From Candidatus Saccharimonadota bacterium (GTDB lineage Bacteria; Patescibacteriota; Saccharimonadia; Saccharimonadales; UBA4665), in NCBI GenBank assembly GCA_003516025.1, contig CP023991.1, positions 570,001-602,000 on the forward strand: a stretch of DNA of 32,000 nucleotides, read 5' to 3'. Below the pieces are notes generated by a model. That model was not told the DNA's origin. It saw nothing but the letters and a program-made list of their open reading frames with translations, and did no database searches. The translations under genes and the position numbers were made by a program. Numbering within the stretch: the stretch's first letter is position 1; each line of letters begins with the position of its first letter. This document shows positions 1 to 7,693 of the stretch, one piece after another.

Positions 1-1263
1 GAATGACGTCAGGAAGTTGGCACAGGGCACAATAAAGGTGTGGTACATGTTTTGGATGTAGACTTCGTCGCCGCTGGCTTCATACAGCTCATTGAGCATA
101 AACAGCATACAGGCGGTCTCGTCTTCCTGAATCGCCAACTCTTTTGAGCGGTTATGCACTAATGGATGCCAGGTGCTGCCGACAGCGCGGTCAGGCTGGT
201 ATTTATGCAGCATGTAGCCATCCGGATGCATAACATCACGGGCGAAGAAGAAGAACTGCCGGGCTTCATCAAAGTGGCCGGTACGGATAAGCGGCCATAA
301 GGCGTAGGCCGCGTCGCGGGGCCAGCAATAGCAGTAGTAATCGCGGCCGAAGTTAAAGATACTCGAATCGCCACTGGCTAGGATTGAACCACGACTGTCG
401 CAGTGTGCTTTAATAATCATCAGGCTGCGCTGGAGGGCCAGGCGTTCCGGCCCCGGCATGGCCGTGAGCTGTTTATTGTTTGGATTGAGCCATTCCTGCC
501 ATGACAGACGCGTTTGGTGCAGCCTGTCATCAACGGCGCCCGGTTTTTGCAACTGGGCATGCATTTCGCCAGCATCATTTTGGCTGCTAGCCGCTACGAT
601 CCAGTAGTAGGTCGCTTTGGAAGATCGGGCCGGTACCTGCATGACAAAGCGAATAACACTGTCAACGCCGCCGTGCTCGACCGGGTTATCAGACAGTTCA
701 CCGTCTTCGGCGTCCATAAAGGTTCCAGCCTTGCCTTCGATGCCGTAATTGCCTATGGCATACTGGTCGAAAGATGTTCCGTCTTCCTGCTGGCCGCCAA
801 TAGCCAAACAGTAGCGCCCCTTGTAATCCAAGATGTAATTAGCATCCGGGACATACAGGGCAGTGTCGCTGCGACCGGTCCGTGATATCTGGAACACCTG
901 ATGCATAAACAGGCGGATTTCACGGTCCTGGTCACGATCGTTAGTTACAGTAATTTTTCGCAGAAAAATATTCTGCATATTATCAATGGTATCCTGCAAA
1001 TGGAGGCTGATACCTAAACCGTCATGCTTCATTTTCACGGTACTGATCAGCGCGTCCTGTTCGAATAGTACGGACGTCTCCCAGCTGTCATCATCGGTCC
1101 AGCTGAATGTCCCATCAACATACAGGCCGATTTTATGATGCAGGCTGCGTGAGGTCGTTAAGTTCTCTAAACCCACATATGGATAGTAAAAGTCGTGTAC
1201 TAATCCGTTTTCGTTGAGGCCAATAAACATCTGTCCATTACTGAGTACAACTGGTCGCCCCAT
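1..1263 (-). CDS. Glycoside hydrolase family 15 (glucoamylase/glucodextranase-like), N-terminal 421 codons; the 3' end lies beyond the left window edge
   Basis: Not in the supplied ORF track because there is no stop in the window. Manual reverse-complement translation from ATG 1263-1261 stays open for all 421 codons to position 1: MGRPVVLSNGQMFIGLNENGLVHDFYYPYVGLEN...FGRDYYCYCWPRDAAYALWPL...LAIQEDETACML. The YxYxWxRD and QxDE segments are typical of GH15 catalytic domains. The ATG lies 1 nt after the GH57 stop. Confidence 0.85.
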   Translation of the reverse strand, partial: MGRPVVLSNGQMFIGLNENGLVHDFYYPYVGLENLTTSRSLHHKIGLYVDGTFSWTDDDSWETSVLFEQDALISTVKMKHDGLGISLHLQDTIDNMQNIFLRKITVTNDRDQDREIRLFMHQVFQISRTGRSDTALYVPDANYILDYKGRYCLAIGGQQEDGTSFDQYAIGNYGIEGKAGTFMDAEDGELSDNPVEHGGVDSVIRFVMQVPARSSKATYYWIVAASSQNDAGEMHAQLQKPGAVDDRLHQTRLSWQEWLNPNNKQLTAMPGPERLALQRSLMIIKAHCDSRGSILASGDSSIFNFGRDYYCYCWPRDAAYALWPLIRTGHFDEARQFFFFARDVMHPDGYMLHKYQPDRAVGSTWHPLVHNRSKELAIQEDETACMLFMLNELYEASGDEVYIQNMYHTFIVPCANFLTSF

Positions 1264-1264
1264 C

Positions 1265-2479
1265 CTAAACCTTGACACCTTTCTCGCTTAATCGGAATTT
1301 TAAATCGTGATATGAATTCATAAAGTTAATAAATGCCTCGTACGGTGTTTCGTATGGACTGAAGTAGGCGTGAATATCTCCGTCGCTGAAGTATTTGGTA
1401 CACATATAGTAAAAATGGTCGGAAGTTTGCAGCCGGCGCCAGTCTTCGATCAGCTCCAGGTCGTGCGTGGCGATGATTTGCTCCTGCAGGTCATACAAAG
1501 CATGGATGGCCTCCTGTTGCATGGCATTTCCCAGCCAAGCTGACAGATCGCGCTCCGTATCGGCCCACGTTACGGTATGCGGCATATCGACGGTATCTTT
1601 CGGCTCCAAAGCGTCAATTACTTCGCTGACCGTCATAAAAGTGTTTCCATCGGTTTTCAGCCATTCCTGTGGCAGATGCTCCAGGAAGCCAAAAATACCC
1701 GATTCATCCCATTGGTGTTCACCAAACGTTTCGTAGTCCATGAACAGGTTGAAGTTAGTGGCTTCCGGCTCGGAATTGAGCCAGTGCGAGAACTTGTCAG
1801 CCGTTAATGGCCATTCTTCCCAGGCCTGGTTGCCGAAGCGGAAGGCGATGTCGTCGCTCAACTTATAATTTTTCATCAGCAGGCGGATGTTGTTCGTGTA
1901 AGTCGGGCGGTATACGAAGTTCGGGCTGCGCCAGCCGAGTACCGGATCCCAGCCTTCGGCTAAAATACCCTTATAGCCGGCTTTATCGGCCCAGAATGCT
2001 AAGTCATTGTTGTAGGCCAGCTCGGTATTACGGAAGACCTTCGGTGTCTGGCCGAACAACTGCTCGACTTTTTCGCGGTGCATTTTTACCTGCATTTCAA
2101 ACTCAGCCCGGGAATAGAAAAAGGCAAGACTGTGGTGATACGTTTCACCGACGATTTCGACCTGGCTGCCGCCGTTAACCGCCACGAGATCCTTAAATGA
2201 TTGCAAAGCTTCGGGCGACCATTTCTCCAGTTGTTCAAGCACAGTACCGGTAATCGACAGGCTGACCTTGAATTCCGGATGGTTTTTTAATAACTGCAGC
2301 AAACGGGCATTGGTCGGCAGGTATGATTTCTCGGCGACCTTTTGCAGGATGCGCTCATTCGACTCCTGCGAGTCGTATTCCGCGTCAAAATAGTCATGTT
2401 TCGTACCGGTATCAAAAACGGTGTAGTGCCGTATGCGGTATGGCTGATGGACATGCAGATAGAGAACAATAGCTTTCAT
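1265..2479 (-). CDS. Glycoside hydrolase family 57 (alpha-amylase/4-alpha-glucanotransferase-like)
   Basis: 404-aa ORF. GH57 signature regions are present: LHVHQPYR (HQP), GSQVEIVGETYHH, GILAEGW, FMDYETFGEH. The start ATG at 2479 shares one base with the stop of the upstream GT (2479). Confidence 0.9.
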   Translation of the reverse strand: MKAIVLYLHVHQPYRIRHYTVFDTGTKHDYFDAEYDSQESNERILQKVAEKSYLPTNARLLQLLKNHPEFKVSLSITGTVLEQLEKWSPEALQSFKDLVAVNGGSQVEIVGETYHHSLAFFYSRAEFEMQVKMHREKVEQLFGQTPKVFRNTELAYNNDLAFWADKAGYKGILAEGWDPVLGWRSPNFVYRPTYTNNIRLLMKNYKLSDDIAFRFGNQAWEEWPLTADKFSHWLNSEPEATNFNLFMDYETFGEHQWDESGIFGFLEHLPQEWLKTDGNTFMTVSEVIDALEPKDTVDMPHTVTWADTERDLSAWLGNAMQQEAIHALYDLQEQIIATHDLELIEDWRRLQTSDHFYYMCTKYFSDGDIHAYFSPYETPYEAFINFMNSYHDLKFRLSEKGVKV

Positions 2480-3705
2480 TATGCGGTGACCTTTTGCTGC
2501 TTGTTAGGGTGATTGGATACGTGATGGTGGTACATACGGCTCATCTTACTGGCGGCGTCATCCCATGACAGCCGCTGTAATTCGCGGTAGGCGTTGTGAT
2601 GCAGCTCTTCACGCAGGCTCCTATTGGTTACCAGAGCCGTTAACTGGTTGGCCATTTCATGCACGTCCCAAGCGTCAACCTTCAGGCAGTTTTGGATTGT
2701 TTCGGCCACACCTGACTGTTTGCTGACCAGCGCCGGAGCGCCGTATTCGATGGCTTCCAACACCGTCAGACCGTATGGTTCGGAAATTGACGGCATAACA
2801 AACACGTCGGCTATGCCAAAACTGTCACGCCAGTTCTTGCCGCGCTGAAAACCGGTGAACAGGACATTTTTGGCTATTCCCAGCTTGGCGGCCAGCATAA
2901 TAAGTTCATGGTACTGCTCGCCGCTGCCGACGATCAGGAACATCGTCTTAGGGGCCCGCGCTACAACATCTTTGGCGGAATGCAGCAGGTTGAATAAACC
3001 TTTTTGGATCGTCAGACGGCCGATGTTAGTAACGATACACCAGCCGTCGGCCTTCAGGCCCTCCAGATATCTATAAGCGTTGTCGCTGTCCAACGGCGTC
3101 ATTAGTTCGCGGTCGATACTATTATGTACGACCTCGATCTTATCTGCCGGGATATCATAATCGGCGATGATCATCTGCTTGGTAATTTCACTGACGGCAA
3201 CGATTTTATCAGCCATAAGGAAGGCGGTCGCTTCAATCTCGCGGACCAATGGATTACCCATGTTGCCACCTGCACGGTCGCGTTCAATCGAATGGACATG
3301 GAGAATAAGCGGGCAGTTGCTGTATTGGCGGGCGCGTAAACCTGCTTTGAAAGTCAGCCAGTCGTGGGCGTGGATAACATCAAACTGCTTGGTTTCGACC
3401 AGTTTGGCCACAGACTTCTCAAACATAGCCTGCTGGCCGACAATGTCCAGCCATTCTTCGCGGCCATCAGTATATATGTATTTATAGCTGTCGTAGACGC
3501 CGCCGGCTTCGACGACGGTCATAACATCTTGCGGTCGGGCGGCGGTAACATCCATGAAATCGATGCCGTGATCAGCCTTGTAAGGAAGTATAAATTCTAT
3601 ATCGACGTCTTGTTTTGCGAGGGCTTTGCAGAGCTGGTAGCAGGCGACACCTAGTCCGCCGCTGTTATGTGGAGGTAACTCCCAACCGAGCATCAAAACT
3701 TTCAT
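2479..3705 (-). CDS. Glycogen-synthase-like glycosyltransferase (GT4/GT5, GT-B fold)
   Basis: 408-aa ORF. N-terminal MKVLMLGWELPPHNSGGLGVACYQL (glycine-rich donor loop) and C-terminal E-x7-E (SISEPYGLTVLEAIEYGAP). First gene of a GT-GH57-GH15 operon. Confidence 0.85.
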   Translation of the reverse strand: MKVLMLGWELPPHNSGGLGVACYQLCKALAKQDVDIEFILPYKADHGIDFMDVTAARPQDVMTVVEAGGVYDSYKYIYTDGREEWLDIVGQQAMFEKSVAKLVETKQFDVIHAHDWLTFKAGLRARQYSNCPLILHVHSIERDRAGGNMGNPLVREIEATAFLMADKIVAVSEITKQMIIADYDIPADKIEVVHNSIDRELMTPLDSDNAYRYLEGLKADGWCIVTNIGRLTIQKGLFNLLHSAKDVVARAPKTMFLIVGSGEQYHELIMLAAKLGIAKNVLFTGFQRGKNWRDSFGIADVFVMPSISEPYGLTVLEAIEYGAPALVSKQSGVAETIQNCLKVDAWDVHEMANQLTALVTNRSLREELHHNAYRELQRLSWDDAASKMSRMYHHHVSNHPNKQQKVTA

Positions 3706-3940
3706 TTACCCGTTTACACCCTTAACGCTTATGTTGCTTGACATCAGTATAATGGGCTAGCACTCCTAGCACAAGCATAATGTGAGAATTCTTACATAGT
3801 CGTATATATGTTCGTAATAAAGACACATCTGACCTAATTTTTCTATGCTTCGTTTTATCCTCTTAAGCAAATGATGTGCCTAACAGCAATTAAAGTTAAT
3901 CTGCCTTGCCTAAAATGGTAAAATAGCGCTAACAGGAGGT

Positions 3941-4927
3941 ATGATGTCAAACCTAACATTTATTATAGGGAATGGTTTAGATGTGTCTTTAAAGCTTAAT
4001 ACCTCCTATAGGGATTTTTACGAGTACGTAAAAGAGCATAAACTACATCCTACAAACTCAATATACGCAGCGATAGAAAAAGAGAACCCTGAATGGTGGG
4101 CTGATTTTGAGCTTGGGCTTGGAAGATTCACTAACAATATTGAACTAATAACGGAGAAGCAGCGTCCCAAGTGGTCGGAAACACTCAATAATGAGCTCGA
4201 TGAAATTAAAAGGGATTTGAAATCTTACATTAGAGAACAGAACAAGCTTGCTGACGAGCACATACCAAATATTAATTTTGAAAGAGAATCTTTCTATAGA
4301 GGCCTAGAAATTGGTCAAATGTCTAATGTTTTCAGACGTTTATCCGATGGGGGTAGTACGGCTATCCGGTTTGTGACATTAAACTATACTGATGTTCTTG
4401 AAAAATTATTCCCAAAAGTAGGTCAGACTATCGTAGGTAAAAAATACCATATCGCCAATCCCGTGCATCATATTCACGGATCCATAGATCGTAAAATATC
4501 CTTGGGCGTCAACGACGCGTCTCAAATCAGTAGTTATATTGATGATGAAGAAAAAAACTTTTTGATAAAACCCGAGCTCATAAGATTGATGAATGATGGC
4601 AGAATAGAAACTCTCACAGAATATATTAGTAACAGCGACATAATCGTACTATTTGGTGTTTCAATAGGGGCTACTGACAAATATATCTGGAATATGGTGA
4701 TCGATTGGCTAGAAATTCATACTCGCGGAATGCTCATAATTCATCATTATGAACGAGACTTAGACGTGAGCGATTTGACCGAAAGGGAATCATTGCTCCT
4801 TAGTGACCGAGTAAAGAATAAATTCTTAAGTTATTCAGATTTAGACAGTGAAGATAAAAATAAACTTAAAAACAAAATATATGTCGTACCCAATACTTCG
4901 GAACTTTTTACTATAAATAAAAAATAA
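3941..4927 (+). CDS. AbiH-family (abortive-infection-like) protein on a low-GC islet
   Basis: 328-aa ORF. N-terminal FIIGNGLDVSLKLNTSYRDF, central VTLNYTDVLEKLF and VHHIHGSIDRKISLGVND, and C-terminal IIVLFGVSIGATDKYIW match my recollection of the conserved blocks of the Pfam AbiH family. AGGAGG lies at 3934-3939, so ATG 3944 is an equally plausible start. Sampled 60-nt lines are about 23-37% GC versus about 50-60% in the flanks. Confidence 0.75.
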   Translation: MMSNLTFIIGNGLDVSLKLNTSYRDFYEYVKEHKLHPTNSIYAAIEKENPEWWADFELGLGRFTNNIELITEKQRPKWSETLNNELDEIKRDLKSYIREQNKLADEHIPNINFERESFYRGLEIGQMSNVFRRLSDGGSTAIRFVTLNYTDVLEKLFPKVGQTIVGKKYHIANPVHHIHGSIDRKISLGVNDASQISSYIDDEEKNFLIKPELIRLMNDGRIETLTEYISNSDIIVLFGVSIGATDKYIWNMVIDWLEIHTRGMLIIHHYERDLDVSDLTERESLLLSDRVKNKFLSYSDLDSEDKNKLKNKIYVVPNTSELFTINKK

Positions 4928-4945
4928 TCGACAGAACAAACTAAA

Positions 4946-4971
4946 ACAACCGCCGAATCGGTGGTGTTTTT
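4946..4971. terminator. Bidirectional intrinsic terminator between the AbiH-like gene and tRNA-Trp
   Basis: Stem 4949-4955 (AACCGCC..G) pairs with 4959-4965, giving 7 bp including one G-U, with a 3-nt loop. An A-run lies on the left and a T-run (4967-4971) on the right, so a U-tract follows the hairpin on either strand. Confidence 0.55.
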
Positions 4972-4975
4972 AGTT

Positions 4976-5051
4976 TGGCAGGGGAGACAGGACTTGAACC
5001 TGCGACACCCGGTTTTGGAGACCGGTGCTCTACCAACTGAGCTACTCCCCT
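4976..5051 (-). tRNA. trnW: tRNA-Trp (anticodon CCA), 76 nt with encoded CCA end
   Basis: The reverse complement folds as a cloverleaf: AGGGGAG-TA-GCTC-AGTTGGTA-GAGC-A-CCGGT-CTCCAAA-ACCGG-GTGTC-GCAGG-TTCAAGT-CCTGT-CTCCCCT-G-CCA. The acceptor stem is 7 bp, the T-loop is TTCAAGT, and the anticodon loop CT-CCA-AA reads CCA. Confidence 0.95.
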
Positions 5052-5080
5052 ACATGCGTTGGAATAGTAGGAACTGGTAC

Positions 5081-5109
5081 ATAATACGGGAAAACAGGCA
5101 TTTTGTCAC
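5081..5109 (-). promoter_or_regulatory. Putative sigma70-type promoter of tRNA-Trp
   Basis: On the minus strand: GTGACA (5109-5104), 17-nt spacer, TATTAT (5086-5081). This lies about 30 nt upstream of the mature tRNA 5' end. Confidence 0.45.
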
Positions 5110-5160
5110 CTATAGCTGCTTTTCAGCGCGGCCAATTTCTGCTATAACGTATAGATAGAT

Positions 5161-5823
5161 ATGGCCAAGATTACTCCGGTTAAACCGCTCCTCATTCAAC
5201 TGTACGGCATGCCTGGTTCAGGAAAGACCTACTTTGCCCGCCAACTGTGCGAACACATCCAGGCCGCGCACGTCCAGGGTGATCGCATCCGGTTTGAACT
5301 ATTCGAGAATCCGCGCTATGACAAACAGGAAAATGATGTCATCGCTCAGTTAATGGACTACATGACGCAGGAATTCCTTAACGCCGGTGTCAGCGTGGTA
5401 TACGACACGAACGCCATGAGGGCCAGCCAGCGCCATAACCTGCGTGATCTCGCCAGGAAAACCCATGCCCAGCCGTTACTCATCTGGTTGCAAATTGACG
5501 GCGATAGCTCCTACGTCCGCACGACACAGCGCGATCGCCGCCGCAGCGACGACAAATACGCGGCGCCCGTAGACCGCCAAACATTTGACGCCTACATTAC
5601 ACGCATGCAAAACCCGACTTCAGCCGAAGACTACGTCGTTATCAGTGGCAAACACGTCTTTAAGACACAGTACAGTGCCGTCATGAAGAAACTGCACGAA
5701 ATGAACGTTATTTCGTCTAATGAAGTCTCGAACAATGTAGTGAAGCCAGGTATGGTTAACTTGATACCCAACCCGGCTGCCGGGCGCGTCGACATGTCCC
5801 GGCGCAATATCATGATCCGTTAA
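5161..5823 (+). CDS. P-loop kinase (AAA_33/zeta-toxin-like fold), substrate unknown
   Basis: 220-aa ORF with Walker A GMPGSGKTY near the N-terminus. Overall length and layout resemble small nucleotide/polynucleotide kinases. Confidence 0.7.
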   Translation: MAKITPVKPLLIQLYGMPGSGKTYFARQLCEHIQAAHVQGDRIRFELFENPRYDKQENDVIAQLMDYMTQEFLNAGVSVVYDTNAMRASQRHNLRDLARKTHAQPLLIWLQIDGDSSYVRTTQRDRRRSDDKYAAPVDRQTFDAYITRMQNPTSAEDYVVISGKHVFKTQYSAVMKKLHEMNVISSNEVSNNVVKPGMVNLIPNPAAGRVDMSRRNIMIR

Positions 5824-5850
5824 TACTTTTTTGCAATATAAGGGGGAGAT

Positions 5851-6576
5851 TTGTCTGTAAAGGCATATCAGTTGGACGGCATCGGGCCGGTCCAGATATA
5901 TAAGCGCAAGGGTACGCGTTCGCTGCGGCTGAGTATTACAGCCGACGGTTCGGTGCGCGTTACCGTGCCGGCATCAGTTTCCTATGACGCTGGCGTACGC
6001 TTCGCCCAGTCGCGGCAAGCCTGGATTGAAGATCATCTGCCACAACCAAAAGCAGTTTTGGGACAGGGGCATCATATAGGCAAAGCCCATCGGCTGGTGT
6101 TTGCTACTGCCGAAACGGACACGGTCCGGACCCGTATAGCCGGATCGGATATCATTATCAGCCGCCCGCCGGGGATACTCATCAGCCATCCAAAGGCGCA
6201 GGAAGCAGCTACGCGGGCCAGTTTACGGGCGCTGAGAGCTGAGGCCCAGAAACTGTTGCCTCCCCGTTTACGCCAGCTGTCCGAAGAATATGGGTTTAAC
6301 TACAGCAGCGTAAGCGTCAAACAGCTGACGGGCAGGTGGGGCAGCTGCGACGCCAAACACCATATCGTACTTAATCTGTTTCTCATGCAATTGCCGTGGC
6401 ATCTCATTGATTACGTATTGGTGCATGAGTTGACACACACGAAACATCTCGACCACAGCGCGGCTTTCTGGCAAGAATTTTTGCGGCATGAACCCCGGGC
6501 TCGCACCTACCAAAAAGAGATTCGGCATTACAAACCGATTTTGGCGGCTATTGAAGCCGGCGGTGATATGTCATAA
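5851..6576 (+). CDS. YgjP/DUF45-like zinc metallopeptidase (HExxH)
   Basis: 241-aa ORF. C-terminal LIDYVLVHELTHTKHLDHSAAFW contains HExxH in the context typical of the DUF45/WLM-like family. TTG start with AGGGGGAG at 5841-5848; the in-frame TTG at 5872 is an alternative start. Confidence 0.75.
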   Translation: MSVKAYQLDGIGPVQIYKRKGTRSLRLSITADGSVRVTVPASVSYDAGVRFAQSRQAWIEDHLPQPKAVLGQGHHIGKAHRLVFATAETDTVRTRIAGSDIIISRPPGILISHPKAQEAATRASLRALRAEAQKLLPPRLRQLSEEYGFNYSSVSVKQLTGRWGSCDAKHHIVLNLFLMQLPWHLIDYVLVHELTHTKHLDHSAAFWQEFLRHEPRARTYQKEIRHYKPILAAIEAGGDMS

Positions 6577-6583
6577 TACGCTT

Positions 6584-7693
6584 ATGTCTAAAGCTACGAG
6601 CCACTCGCAATCCGAACATACAGCCGCCGAAATTGAACACGAGCGGCTGGTAAGCCTGGTTAACAGTATGGTAGACGGTGTTATCGCTGTTGATAGCCAG
6701 GTTAAGGTTGTACTTTACAATGGCGCGGCCCTCAATATCCTGGACAGCAACACGCCGCTACAGAACATTCGTCTGAGCACCGCTTGTAATCTGGTAGATC
6801 AGAACAACCAACCGGTCGACGTCATCGAATTAGTCAAGGAAACGAAGACCGCAACCATCAACCGGGATTTGCTGCTGCAGTATAAGGACGGCAGTTCTAT
6901 CAATCTTTATCTGAGCATCGCCCCGGTCCATATGGGATACGGCAGTACCGACCAGCATGGTTACGTAATACTAATGCGCGACATCAGCCGTGAGAAATCA
7001 CTCGAAGAAGAACGCGACGAATTCATTAGCGTGGTCAGCCACGAGCTGCGTACGCCCATCGCTATTACCGAAGGCAATATTGGTAATGCCGAGTACATTC
7101 TGAATAAAGGCGGCAGTACCGAAGAAATCCGTGCCGCCCTCAAGCAAGCCCATGAACAAACATTATTCCTGGCTTCAATGATCAACGACCTGTCTACCTT
7201 GTCGCGTGCCGAGCGCGGCACCCTTGAGGTGACGATAGAGCCAATTAATGTCCATGATCTGGTGATGAGCCTGGCCCATAACTACCGGCCTGACGCGGAG
7301 AAAAAGGGGTTACGGCTGCAAACGCATATCAGTCCGCATCTGGAATTACTGCAATCGACCAGCCTATACGTCCGTGAAATCCTGCAAAACTTCGTTACGA
7401 ATGCCGTCAAATACACCGAAAACGGCCATGTCACTATTGGAGTCCGGCCAGCGGACAAAGGCGTGTACATTTGGGTGGAAGACACTGGCATCGGCATCAG
7501 TACCAGCGACGTCGAACGAATATACGATAAATTCTTCCGCTCCGAAGACTACCGGACGCGCCAGAATAACGGCACTGGCCTAGGCCTGTACGTCACTATG
7601 AAGTTAGCCCGGTTGATCCATGCCGACATAGAAACCCACAGCCGCATAAACAAGGGGTCACGGTTTACCATCTACTTCCCGAACTTACAGTAG
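6584..7693 (+). CDS. Soluble PAS-domain sensor histidine kinase (no response regulator in the window)
   Basis: H-box SHELRTPIA, N-box NAVKYT, G1 DTGIGI, G2 GTGLGL. The N-terminal half is PAS-like (LVNSMVDGVIAVD...) and has no hydrophobic segment. I prefer ATG 6584 (MSKATS...) to the track start 6488, which overlaps the previous gene by 89 nt. Confidence 0.85.
   Translation: MSKATSHSQSEHTAAEIEHERLVSLVNSMVDGVIAVDSQVKVVLYNGAALNILDSNTPLQNIRLSTACNLVDQNNQPVDVIELVKETKTATINRDLLLQYKDGSSINLYLSIAPVHMGYGSTDQHGYVILMRDISREKSLEEERDEFISVVSHELRTPIAITEGNIGNAEYILNKGGSTEEIRAALKQAHEQTLFLASMINDLSTLSRAERGTLEVTIEPINVHDLVMSLAHNYRPDAEKKGLRLQTHISPHLELLQSTSLYVREILQNFVTNAVKYTENGHVTIGVRPADKGVYIWVEDTGIGISTSDVERIYDKFFRSEDYRTRQNNGTGLGLYVTMKLARLIHADIETHSRINKGSRFTIYFPNLQ

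Noticed and set aside
1467-3654. Series of 70-123-aa plus-strand ORFs (1467, 1577, 1807, 2624, 2855, 3124, 3167, 3364)
   Set aside because: All lie antisense within the GH57 and GT genes. They have Cys/Arg/Ser-rich nonsense-like composition and no RBS.
3738-3753. TTGACA and TATAAT boxes only 4 nt apart (similarly TTGACA 10688 and TATAAT 10701, 7 nt apart)
   Set aside because: The spacing is incompatible with a single sigma70 promoter. The hexamers may belong to separate or divergent promoters, so they were not called as a pair.
3768-3786. 19-mer AGCACAAGCATAATGTGAG resembling AGCACAAGCTTAATGTAAG at 10779-10797 (17/19 identical), both intergenic
   Set aside because: My rough expectation for a 16-of-17-type match among all position pairs in 32 kb on both strands is of order one to a few. 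The flanks do not align, so I treat it as chance.
3706-4975. Calling the AbiH-like islet a mobile element or genomic island with defined ends
   Set aside because: No integrase, transposase or direct repeat of the tRNA-Trp 3' end was found in 3706-3940. Only the compositional anomaly and tRNA adjacency are supported.
4961-5158. 65-aa plus-strand ORF in the track
   Set aside because: It runs antisense straight through the tRNA-Trp gene and its promoter. The cloverleaf explains the sequence, so there is no reason to call a CDS.
6488-6583. Upstream-extended start codons offered by the ORF track (6488, 11780, 13324, 14910, 18131, 20252, 21378, 23343)
   Set aside because: Each extension overlaps the preceding gene, a terminator or a leader and lacks an RBS. 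Internal ATGs with SD sequences or homology-consistent N-termini were preferred.
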